Source: Phoronis australis (Eukaryota; Animalia; Phoronida). Taken from it: a DNA stretch of 64,000 nucleotides. The notes beneath the pieces were generated by a model that did not search any database, was not told where the DNA came from, and was given only the letters and a program-made list of their open reading frames with translations. Numbering within the stretch: position 1 is the first letter of the stretch; each line of letters opens with the position of its first letter. The stretch is from positions 807,940-871,939 of the forward strand of contig NMRA01000120.1 of NCBI GenBank assembly GCA_002633005.1. The letters run 5' to 3'. This document shows positions 53,601 through 64,000 of the stretch, piece by piece. Made by a program: the position numbers and the translations under genes.

Positions 53601-56600
53601 TTGCACGTACATTTAGGAAAGATTAAAGGTAGACAGAGGGAAAATTGTACAAGAAAGCGGTTCGGTTAAGAAAAGACCCCGACACCCTAGGCGTCCAGCA
53701 CCGGAATTTGAAATTTGTTGCCAAACTGGTGGAAGAGGCTGAACAGACGTAGTTTACAAGCCGGGTTCCGTTTTCTAACACAAGACACTCCAACAACAAG
53801 ATGAAGTGAAATCACATGCTACGCTTGTAATGCACGATGATACCACATGAAGACGTCCTGGATTTCACCAAACTGGTAGGAAAATAGCTTACCGGATGTC
53901 TGTGTGTGACAAAACAGTTGATAGCCAGATCAAGTCAAAGTTCAATACGGCACTGAAGGGCTCTTTGAACGCCTCAGCACATTCTAAGATGGATTTGCAG
54001 TCAATGTGGTAAGCAGTTACCATATGTTTATCTGGAAGGAGTGTAGTACATGAACAGCTGTTGTTTGACGATCCGGACTATGTAAGGCTTATTAAGACTG
54101 CAGAAAATCAGTTGCAATAGTTCTAACTGAAAGTCACCATTTATTATACCAAAAGCACTACCATTGTTTGAGAATCCAATATTTCGGCACCAAATTTCTG
54201 CTGTCTTCCAGTTCGTTAACCTGCGTGTCTGTACATTATATTGTCACGTTTTTACCGTGTTTGGGTGGGCGCAGGTTGTTGCAGACCGGTGCTGATATCT
54301 TTCAGTGTGACGGTAGACTGAAGACTGGTTCGAGTTAATCGCTTTATTAATACCGACCGTACGTTCACAAGCTTACTCAAATAAAACGTCCAACGTAATG
54401 TCTGTTCTACGCTGCAGCCAGTGCTGTGAAGCCTTGACTTGTGATGAACTTCTGAGACACTTTCAGCAACTCAGCTGTAATGCTCTTGTAACTAACTGAC
54501 TTTCAACGTTTAACTCTTTAACTGCTCAACTGCTGAACTAAAAACTGAATACTACAAACCCGTTCCTGGGTATTTATAGTCTCATGCAATGTTCTAGATC
54601 TTTTCACACTTTAAGCACATTCTAGAACTTTTCCGGAATCTACCCAATCATTCTACAAACATATACTAGTCTCTAGAATATTCCAGACTGCATAAATCAT
54701 TGTCATGCTAGAGGCTTCCACACTATTCTATAGTAAACAAATTACATCATCACAGTACTGACCTCAGGGGTCATGCCAATCAATAACACAAACAAAACAA
54801 TAAAATAAACCCAAGAACAGAGTCGGTCTAAATTCTGACATATATAAGACACTACCAGATGGGTTGTTACCGTTGTCAGTGCATGAATTCAGTGAAGGGT
54901 CCCAGGAACTATAGCTGCTAGCACTAGGATTAGAGCATGTGAAGACCTTCGATGACGTTCCATCAGCGAAGACTTTACTATCGATGCACTCAAGTGTTAC
55001 TGACTGGCCTTTGTTTACAGTCGTCGGTTGATTTCCACTCACAACCGCCTTGGATTTCAACTTCGCATTTAATTTTTGCAAGGGAAGCTCGCACGAAGGC
55101 ACACCTGAATAAAATGATTGTTAACATCATAACTTGTACTGTGGTACATGCTTTCCAACCTTGTAAGTGAGTTTGGCAAGATTTGCCAACAAGCTGTGAA
55201 GCAGTCGTTTCACGACGTTAATAACTGATATTTCAATTTTCTTTTTAACGACGTATTAATCTGTTTGGAAAGTGTTGACTTTGAGTTGTTATTTTTGCTA
55301 TTTGGTACTATAATGATAAATATCGTATGGCATCAAAAATTCTCAATTACGTTTGGCTTAAAAGCATTTTAAACAAGTTATATTTGGACATATTTACAAG
55401 TGTTTACTGTTGTCAGTGCACGGACTCCATAAGAATGAACTACTAGAACTATAACTAGAACTAGAGCATGTGAAGACCATCGGTGGCATTCCAGTTCCAA
55501 AGACTTAAGTGTTGAGGCACAGACGAGTGATAGGCTGGCTCCTACTGATAATCATCGGCATATTTCCATTCAGGGATCTCATAGTTTTGCATGAAGGCAC
55601 AACTGAATAAGGATGATTATTTAGGTTATCACTTTAAATCTGACAAAAGTTTGACAAGTTTTTGAAATATAAAATCAGGTGTCGGCTGAAGCCTGGTCCA
55701 CACGACCTAGGTGTCTCCATGCATCATCGATTCATCCAGGTAATCATTTTTCATAAACGTGGTGGTGGTTTAAAATATTTCCAGAATCCTGGGATCTCAA
55801 CAATCACCAATTTTCAAGAAAACTTGCACAATTTTGAAAACAAATTCAACCTGGTTTTCTCGAGTGGCGTGATCTTCTCAAATACCAAAGAGGATCGAAC
55901 ATGCGCCATGACAGTTGGCAAATATTCAGATCAACAAAATGTTTTCCGTTTGAAAACAGTCGAATTAGTAGAAAGCGGTGCAACGTAAGAACTTTAACTG
56001 TGACAATACTTTGAACGCTACGTCTACTGTTACGTTCACGGGAGTCAAAGAAAAACCACAAGAGTCTTGTGGCCAGTTTCTATGTAAAGGTTCCATCAAA
56101 TCCACCAACACTTAGACAAGAGTTAAAACAGACAAGCGTTCTTCTAGACATTAGGTGAACATTAATTCGCTAAAAAAACGGCAGGTTTGAACATGTAAAA
56201 GAAGATTTACCGTTCTCGGTGCACTGACTAAGTGTAGGACTCCATGAGGTTAAACTAGTAGAACTATAAGCAGAACTAGAGCATGTGAAGACCATCGATG
56301 ACTTTCCATTTGCGAAGACTTTAATACCGAGGCACTGAAGTGTGATNNNNNNNNNNNNNNNNNNNNNNNNNNNNNNNNNNNNNNNNNNNNNNNNNNNNNN
56401 NNNNNNNNNNNNNNNNNNNNNNNNNNNNNNNNNNNNNNNNNNNNNNNNNNNNNNNNNNNNNNNNNNNNNNNNNNNNNNNNNNNNNNNNNNNNNNNNNNNN
56501 NNNNNNNNNNNNNNNNNNNNNNNNNNNNNNNNNNNNNNNNNNNNNNNNNNNNNNNNNNNNNNNNNNNNNNNNNNNNNNNNNNNNNNNNNNNNNNNNNNNN

Positions 56601-59600
56601 NNNNNNNNNNNNNNNNNNNNNNNNNNNNNNNNNNNNNNNNNNNNNNNNNNNNNNNNNNNNNNNNNNNNNNNNNNNNNNNNNNNNNNNNNNNNNNNNNNNN
56701 NNNNNNNNNNNNNNNNNNNNNNNNNNNNNNNNNNNNNNNNNNNNNNNNNNNNNNNNNNNNNNNNNNNNNNNNNNNNNNNNNNNNNNNNNNNNNNNNNNNN
56801 NNNNNNNNNNNNNNNNNNNNNNNNNCAGGTTTGAACATGTTAAAGAAGATTTACCGTTCTCGGTGCACTGACTAAGTGTAGGACTCCATGAGGTTAAACT
56901 AGTAGAACTATAAGCAGAACTAGAGCATGTGAAGACCATCGATGACTTTCCATTTGCGAAGACTTTAATACCAAGGCACTGAAGTGTGATCGATTGACCC
57001 TTATTGATAGTCATCAGCTGATTTCCACTCAGGGACGACGTAGCTTTCAACTCCGCGCTCAGCGTTGTCAAGTCAAGTTTGCACGAAGGCACAACTGAAT
57101 GAGGATGATTACTAAGGTTATCACTTTGACACTGACACGTGTTTGCCAGCTCTTTAAGTACAAAATCAGGTTGCGGCTGAAGCCTACGGATCTCCGTCCA
57201 TTGTCAATTCATAAAGGTAATCTTTCATGAACGTGGGGATGGTTTTACATATTTTGGGGAATCGTGGTATCACGCCCATTGTCATTTTGCAAGAAAATTT
57301 TAACAATTTTGAAAAAAAAATCATAATCAAACTAGTTTTCTCGAGCCGCTGGATCGTCACAAACACCTAGGAGGATCGTACCTGCACCATGATACATGTT
57401 TTCCTTTTGACAGCAGTGGAATTAGTCGGCTAGCTAAAACCTTGAATGCAGTGCAACGTAGGAACTGTAACCGTGACTATGCTTTGAAAGCTACGCCTGC
57501 TATTACGCTCGCAGGAGTGAAAGAAAGCCACGAGACTCGTGTGCCTAATTTGTTCACAAATGCTTAATCAAATCCCCGAAGATTTAGAGGAATGTTAAAA
57601 TGTCAGAAGAAAATAAATTATAGAGGAGAGTCGTTAATTCGAAGAAAATTTTTCAATAACGCCCTATTCGTTTGATACCGAAATTGACGTGTCCGTATGA
57701 TGCTAAACTGGCACAAACTGTTGAATAGACTAGGTAAGGTATTCTAGCTGAGTCATATGCCGTAACATAAAGTACTCCGGAGATCTGTATCATGAAAAGT
57801 GACTTAGGTATGGGCATAAGCTACATACAACTATTTCTGAAAAACAATTATATCTGCCTTGAGCAAATGTTTAAAGTCTTTGAAAATATACTGCTAGATA
57901 ACCGCATAATTCCTATCAATTATAACTAGAGTGAGGTGGGCTTCTAATGTTTTTCATGGTCATTTTCTTCAGCAGCTGTGAAATAGAAGAGCAAGAGCGA
58001 ATTTCTGACTTAATACGTAAGCCATTTTCTCGAAGCAGACCCCAAACAGTTAGAGCACATGAAAACTTAAGTGCTGCGCTTGAAAATCTTTAAGATATCT
58101 CATAAACGAAATGCGCAATTTCGATAAACTGGCGAGGAAATGGTTATTTAAGCTTATTTCAAACATGTGGAAAGCTATTCCGTGACTTATTAAGACGGCA
58201 GAACATCAGTTTCAAAATATCCATTTGAACTGAAGTTCACAATAGATTATTGCAAAAAAGATAATCCTTGTTTGGTTTGTGAATATATTGACAGCAAGTG
58301 TCCACTGTCTTGCAGGAGGTCCCGCTGTGTGTATTTTATGGATTTCATCAGATGGGTAGTATGAGGTATCATCAGACATATAATTACCTTTGTTAGAACA
58401 CGGACTCAGTGCAGGTGTCCATGAGGTGTAACTTGTAGATCTAGAGGTAGAACTAGAGCACGTGAAGACCTTCGATGATTTTCCATCTGTGAAGACCTTG
58501 CTGTCTTTGCAAACAAGTGTCACAGACAGGCCCCTGCGTATAGTCTTCGGTTGGTTTCCACTCACACTCATCTCAGTGTTCAATCTTACGTTTAATTTTC
58601 CCAAGTGAAGTAGGCACGAACGCACACCTGAATAAAGGGTTTATTCCCGTCATACCTTGAACTCTGGCACGTATTTGCCAAACTTTTAAAAGTGTTCGGC
58701 ACAGTTTGCCAATAAACAGCGAAATAATCGGTTTACGACAATAACCAATTCCATGCGTTCCCAGCCTAAAAAATGGGGCTCCAATTTTTGAGAATGTGGA
58801 ATTTTGTCCCGTTTTTTACATTTTGTCGGAGTTTTTGCTTCTCTGAGGCGGACCTTTTTGCTCACATAGCAAAAAGATTGCTCGTTCGAGCCCCCTGAGC
58901 CCCCTCGTTGAATGCATGAATTCGTTAAACACTTGAATGTTTATTTCAAGCGCCATTATTAAATTGTAAAAAGATGTTCATTTTGAATTACTTTTTTGTG
59001 GTTATAATTACCTTTTTGTGATCATGGAGTTAAATAACAGAGCGCGACATCAGATTTCACAGTGACAAGTGTTATCGGAGACAATGTGTAAACATTAATA
59101 CGCTGTAAAACGGCAGGTTTAAACATGTTAAAGATGTGTTTACCGTTCTCAGTGCATGAGCTCAGCGTGGGGTTCCAGGAAGTTGAACTAGAAGAACTAT
59201 AAGTTGAACTAGAGCATGTGAAGACCATCGATGACTTTCCATTTCCGAAGACTTTAATACCGAGGCACTGAAGTGTGATAGACTGGCCCCTACTGATAAT
59301 CGTCGGCTTATTTTTACTCAGGGACGACGTAGTTTTCCACTCGGCGCTCAGCGATGTCAAATCAAGTTTGCACGAAGGCACAACTGAATGAAAATGATTA
59401 CTAAGGTTATCACTTTGACACTGACACGTGTTTGCCAACATTTTAGGTAAAAAATCATTTTCACGAAGCCGACCCCAAGAATAACTGTTACGCTGGTAAT
59501 GAATTACTATATCTCGCGAACAAGATGCACAATTCCGATAAACTGGCAAGTAAATAGTTTTTTAAGATCTACTCAAACCGATCAGTATAGTGTTGAAAGG

Positions 59601-61071
59601 TTGTTTAGCACCTCAGCACATGGGACAGCTATTGTGCATGATTATTAAGACGGGAGAACATCAGTTTCAAAATTATACATTTAAAATGAAATTGACAATA
59701 AATTATGGCAAAAAGATAATCCTTGTTTGGTGTGTATATTTTGACAGCGCATTCCTACTATCTTCCATTGGGTCACGTTGTTTGCATTTTGTAGATTTCA
59801 TCAGATGGGAAGTTACCTTTGTTAGAACACGGACCCAGTACAGGACTCCATGAGTTGTAACTTGTAGACCTAGAGGTAGAACTAGAGCACGTGAAGACCT
59901 TCGATGATGTTCCGTCTGTGAAGACCTTGCTGTCTTTGCAAACAAGTCTCACAGACTTGCCCCTGTGGATAGTCTTCGGTTGGTTTCCACTCACTACCGC
60001 GTTCAAAGTTGACAAGACAAGTTCGCACGAAGGCAAGGCTTAATAAAAAGGATTATTGTTACTATTACTTTGACAACGAGATTTCATTGTCATCTCTTTG
60101 ATTGAATTTGACTTATTTTGCTAACAAGCTGTCAAGCACTCTCTGTTTGACGCCAATGGCTAATTACTTTTACGAAGTTTTTCTCTCTTCCAAAACTGCC
60201 AAGCTGCAGGTATAGTATGAGGTATCATCAGATATCTAATTACCTTTGTTAGAACACGGACTCAGTGCAGGTGTCCATGAGTTGTAACTTGTAGATCTAG
60301 AGGTAGAACTAGAGCAGGTGAAAACCTTCGATGATGTTCCATCCGTGAATACCTTGCTGTCTTTGCAAACAAGTGTCACAGACTGGCCCCTGCGTATAGT
60401 CTTCGGTTGGTTTCCACTAACACTCGTCTGAGTGTTCAATCTCGCGTTTAACTTTTCTAAGGGAAGTTGGCATGAGTGCACACCTGATTAAAAGATTTAT
60501 TCCCGTCGTTAATTTGACTTTGTCACGAATTTTGCGAACGTTTAAGAATGCTTGGCATAATTTGCCAGTAAGCAAAGCTTTACGACATTGATCAACTCTT
60601 TAAACACATAAATGTTATTTCAAACGACATTTTTCAATTTTAAAAAGCTGTTGAATTTGAGTTAAGTATTTGTGATTATGCGTGCCTTTGTGTTAACGTG
60701 TGTGAAATAACAGAGAGCCAAATCTCAATTTCACAATGACGTCATGAGAACGGACAAGCGTTCTTGTAGACATTACGTGAACATTAATTCGCTATAAAAC
60801 AGCAGGTTTGAACATGTTAAAGAAGATTTACCGTTCTCGGTGCACTGACTAAGTGTAGGACTCCATGAGGTTAAACTAGTAGAACTATAAGCAGAACTAG
60901 AGCATGTGAAGACCATCGATGACTTTCCATTTGCGAAGACTTTAATACCGAGGCACTGAAGTGTGATAGACTGGCCCTTACTGATAATCGTCGGCTTGTT
61001 TCCACTCAGGGACAACGTAGTTTTCCATTCGGCGCTCAGCGTTGTCAAATCGAGTTTGCACGAAGGCACAA
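47006..61071 (-). CDS. Gene A (5'-partial, spliced): multi-Sushi/CCP-like single-pass type I membrane protein
   Basis: A series of phase 1-1 exons of 222-240 nt, each bounded by AG/GT and encoding C..GxSV/ITLxC..FxD/NG..FTC..WxPxLxxC, is frame-compatible with a terminal TM + cytoplasmic exon. No 5' exon was found in the window. Confidence 0.8.
48250..49900 (-). mobile_element. Degenerate L1/Tx1-type LINE ORF2 fragments in the last intron of gene A
   Basis: Minus-strand reading gives PTKYFANLEKRN, LEGEI, MKHDKTP, IPKG, NCRPI, AKRIK and FIGEN pieces with frameshifts. Confidence 0.75.
48783..48956. repeat. 29-bp minisatellite x6 (TTCAGTGTCGCAACGGTAAGTCAGACATG)
   Basis: Head-to-tail copies with few substitutions and no spacers. 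Confidence 0.95.
50050..50283 (-). CDS. Gene A Sushi-like exon, type C (234 nt)
   Basis: gtttag| ... G|gtaaac; VPSCELAL...VTLEC...FADG...FTC...WEPALSPC. Confidence 0.85.
50618..50851 (-). CDS. Gene A Sushi-like exon, type C
   Basis: 234 nt, attcag| ... G|gtgaca (weak donor). Confidence 0.8.
51190..51423 (-). CDS. Gene A Sushi-like exon, type C
   Basis: 234 nt, atttag| ... G|gtaaac. Confidence 0.85.
51767..52000 (-). CDS. Gene A Sushi-like exon, type C
   Basis: 234 nt, atttag| ... G|gtgaca. Confidence 0.8.
52323..52556 (-). CDS. Gene A Sushi-like exon, type C
   Basis: 234 nt, attcag| ... G|gtgaca. Confidence 0.8.
52870..53097 (-). CDS. Gene A Sushi-like exon, divergent type A (228 nt)
   Basis: Open frame with 4 Cys + Trp, but a very weak donor A|gtagca; possibly decaying. 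Confidence 0.55.
54242..54754 (-). mobile_element. Solo LTR (513 bp)
   Basis: TGT...ACA ends; on the minus strand a TATAAATA is followed by AATAAA. No clean TSD. Confidence 0.6.
54871..55104 (-). CDS. Gene A Sushi-like exon, type C
   Basis: 234 nt, attcag| ... G|gtaaca. Confidence 0.8.
55408..55602 (-). pseudogene. Sushi-like pseudo-exon (type A) inside the gene A array
   Basis: AG/GT kept; 195 nt after two in-frame deletions; in-frame TAA at 55507-55505 (CLNT*VFG). Confidence 0.85.
56211..56346 (-). CDS. Gene A Sushi-like exon, type A (5' part lost in gap)
   Basis: ITLQCLGIKVFANG...CTEN G|gtaaat; may duplicate 56855-57094 across the gap. Confidence 0.55.
56347..56825. other. Assembly gap (479 N); single-N joins also at 636 and 13505
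   Basis: Seen directly. Confidence 1.
56855..57094 (-). CDS. Gene A Sushi-like exon, type A
   Basis: 240 nt, cattcag| ... G|gtaaat. Confidence 0.85.
58388..58627 (-). CDS. Gene A Sushi-like exon, long type B
   Basis: 240 nt, attcag| ... G|gtaatt. Confidence 0.85.
58752..58918. mobile_element. 167-bp MITE with 5-bp TSD
   Basis: CATGCGTTC...GAATGCATG termini flanked by AATTC on both sides. Confidence 0.65.
59144..59383 (-). CDS. Gene A Sushi-like exon, type A
   Basis: 240 nt, cattcag| ... G|gtaaac. Confidence 0.85.
59817..60038 (-). CDS. Gene A Sushi-like exon, type B
   Basis: 222 nt, tattaag| ... G|gtaact. Confidence 0.85.
60244..60483 (-). CDS. Gene A Sushi-like exon, long type B
   Basis: 240 nt, aatcag| ... 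G|gtaatt. Confidence 0.85.
60832..61071 (-). CDS. Gene A Sushi-like exon, type A
   Basis: 240 nt, cattcag| ... G|gtaaat. Confidence 0.85.
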
Positions 61072-61399
61072 CTGAATGAGAATGATTACTAAGGTTATCA
61101 CTTTGACACCGACATGTGATGGCCAATTTTTTTAAATACAAAATCAGGATACCGTCACCACACATCCACAATTCCTTCAGGTAATCATATTTCATAAATT
61201 TTGTGATGGTTTTACATTTTCTCGTGAATTGTGTCATAAGCCATATTTCCATTTTTAGCATAGATATCTGTTAGCTATATTTACATATCATTACGCGGAT
61301 TGCTTTGTACTTTGTTTGGAAAATCAATCTTGAAGTTTGTTTTCATTTGCCAAAGTTTCCCACTGATTGGGTCACCGCATTTTTAGCAAATAATAACTT

Positions 61400-61930
61400 T
61401 GTTAATAAAAACAATAATTTTATTGAACACGGGGCCACCAGCCCACAGTTTACAATAGTATTTACAAACTTTATACACCTAGACAGAGACAGAAAGATTC
61501 AATCTTTCACTTCTCATTATGCAGGGCCGTAGGAAACGCGTAGCAGCTTTGTCAACAATAAATGTTGATTTGAAGTGTAGTTTGCACAGACTGATAACGA
61601 AACTGAACAAGCTTCATCAGAAAAATACCGTAAAAATATGTGAATCAAGCAGCTTTGATTTCGCGGACGAACCGTTGCCGGAGTCTGCAGAACAAGACTT
61701 GATGCTTGGTGCGTTGGCGAAAACCCTCTGACACAGCGCCACCTATTATGAAAAGTGTCCCTGTAGAAACATGAAAGACACACGGAATAGCGTGTTTGGG
61801 CATCAATGCGCATGCCTTGGTCGGATGTATACCGCCACCACTTGCACAAGCCTTTATGCACGATACTTGTTTGGGCTTAAGCCAATGGATCTGGGTTAGC
61901 TTGATTTTGTTTACGTCGATCACTGCGCGT
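61400..61930 (-). mobile_element. 3' fragment of an L2/CR1-like LINE
   Basis: LTQIHWLKPKQ resembles the L2 LHWLP motif; the 3' end reads ggtggccccgtgttcAATAAA. Confidence 0.5.
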
Positions 61931-62339
61931 TTTAATAAAATGCAACTATTAAGTCAAATGTGGTCGCCAAACTCCGTAACAGTAAACTGGAAAGGGTTTC
62001 CCAGATGAATGTCATGACGTCGGTTTAATTATTTTAGCCAATGAGAAACCATGTTAAACAACATTCGATAGTGCTACCTTTCGCAGCAAAAAAGACCTCA
62101 GGTGTGTCCGGTAAGTGTTACGTTATACCGTAAAACTCTAGCAGTAGCGCTTGCAGTTCTAAGCTTAATTTTGGTCTTCGGTGAATTATTTGAGATGTCG
62201 ATAACAATGGAGGAAATATATTGAGTTTTCTAGTGTTGCAGAGTTGTTGTTTTTTTCATTTTGATTGTGATTGCCACACGTTATGGCAGGAAATCAGCGG
62301 TCACAAATTCTGTATTTTACAAGGTCTTGGAGAACTTGT

Positions 62340-62920
62340 GGCGGAGTTTTCTACGAGTCCAGAAGACTATTATTGAATAAATATTTGAAGCTCTTGACAA
62401 TATCATTACATCAAAACCGGACAGGCTTGATCAAGACTACTGCAACTTATATGCAGTGTGAGGAGCTGATACTCAAGGCGGCAAACGGAGAAAGCTTTGA
62501 AAATGAATACCAATGTGTAATTAGTTCTTAGGGAGATGACTTCAATTTAATGCTGCGCTGTCACCTCACTCCGTTTGTGGCCTATTATGAGCACGAAGGC
62601 AGTCAAGAGGTGACATTGTATCGTGTTGTGGATCATTTGCAGAAATTATCAGCTGGTCAAAAACGCTTGTTCCGGAGCCTTATTAAACTAGCGAAATTAC
62701 TGTTGGTGATGCCCGCAACAAATGCCAGTAGCAAACGAGCGTTTAGAGCTCTTAGACGTGTAAAGTCATAGTTATGTTCCACAATGGGACAGGTGAGGTT
62801 GCTTCATGTTCAAAAAGACATTATCACGTGATAAGTTACATTTGGTGCGGACGTGTCAAACGATTTTGAACAAGTAAGTGAAGTACGAAAGGCAAAACTT
62901 GGGGGTTTTACTTAGCATCA
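62340..62920 (+). pseudogene. hAT transposase C-terminal relic (dimerization domain)
   Basis: LAKLLLVMPATNASSKRAFRALRRVKS*LCSTMGQVRL matches the hATC motif PATxAxxERxFSxLRRxKxYLRxTMxQxRL; in-frame stops. Confidence 0.9.
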
Positions 62921-64000
62921 GTTTGAGTTCTTGTTTGCAGCAAGGCAATGTCGACTGAATTATGTTGAAGTGTAAATAAAAACACGTGTAACCGTTTCAA
63001 ATCACCATTCTTACTGTTAAGCAAGAGTAATCGTATGAGCGGTATGTATGATGCTCCAATTTTTTCCAGTCAATCTTAACACGAAATTAACACCAAAAGT
63101 ACAGCATCTGTTACACAGTTTGTTATTTGACCTATGGTCATCCATTTTACATAAAACAGATCCCAGGCCTGAGGTCCATAGAGGAAAGAATGTCGGGAAA
63201 TAAGCTAGTGTGGACACGTGTTCTGCATGTAATACATGGCGATGTCTTGCGTTTTCGCGATGTTCTAGCTTCTACCGAACGCACGTCAGGCACATTTATA
63301 CTTTTTTGTGCTCTGAGGCACACTGTCCGATACTGCTTTCATGTTTCAATTATTCAATTTTGAATTGCAAATAAAAATGGACTCGTGAAAGTTTTGGTAG
63401 TTTTTTTTTGCGTCACGACTACATTACTGATCACCGTTCTTCAAAGAGCTGTCAAGGAACAAAATGCATGAAACTTCTGTCATTCACAAGCCCATTTGAT
63501 AGAATATTTGTCAGTTTCCGTACGACGTTATCATGTTCATATAAGAAATGGGTGTTTAGTGATAATGTATTTACCAACTTTATGACACTACTTGGACCCA
63601 CAAACAGTAATATAATTGCACAGTCACATCACATTTTCAAAAAGTTTGCAGGCCTTGGAATTTTTTCGATTCTATCACGAGGTTAATTTAGCACTTGATT
63701 TTTTTTGCTTAACGCAATGTTCCAAATACCCAGTTCAGATAGGAACTGAAATTGAAAATAAAACGGCCAGAGTGGGTAACTTGTCGGCCTGTTAACTCGT
63801 CCGTCAGACTATAACTGAACTGGTGCTAAACGTTCAATTTGCAAGTCTTTGACATAAGAAGTATCCAAAAGTACCATTAACCATATTGACAAAATACTTT
63901 AACACTCCGCATACAAGCCGTAATGGCAGCAGATCGGTCTAGAAGTCATGAAAAGGGCATATATCAGCGACGTCTTTTTGGCCGTGTTAGTAGGGCGAGG

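Noticed and set aside
56170-57092. Long ORFs of 177-280 aa in the ORF track
   Set aside because: Artefacts of translating through the N gap; the two flanking exon copies may even be one exon assembled twice.

Overview
Eukaryotic (animal-like, AT-rich, GT-AG introns) genomic window; no rRNA, tRNA or CRISPR array is supported. The minus strand carries two tandem, head-to-tail spliced cell-surface receptor genes built from the same modules. Gene A (5' end not found in the window) has 13 complete, 1 gap-truncated and 1 stop-containing single-domain Sushi/CCP-like exons (61071 to 50050), then a transmembrane plus cytoplasmic exon (47637-47006). Gene B (37514 to <1) has four L1/contactin-like Ig domains from 8 frame-compatible exons, then at least 12 Sushi/CCP-like exons, mostly in a ~2.46-kb tandem unit; it runs off the left edge. 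All Sushi-like exons are symmetric phase 1-1, the 24 donors seen in the repeated array all lack +5 G, and some exons are chimeras of their neighbours. This suggests a fast-evolving, possibly alternatively spliced, variable-length Ig-Sushi receptor cluster. That function is inference, and family names come from motif recall, not database searches. Introns hold many transposon relics: Kolobok-like, THAP-bearing, hAT, Harbinger-type MITE, LINE fragments and a solo LTR. Assembly gaps (N at 636 and 13505; 56347-56825) make the exon counts approximate.
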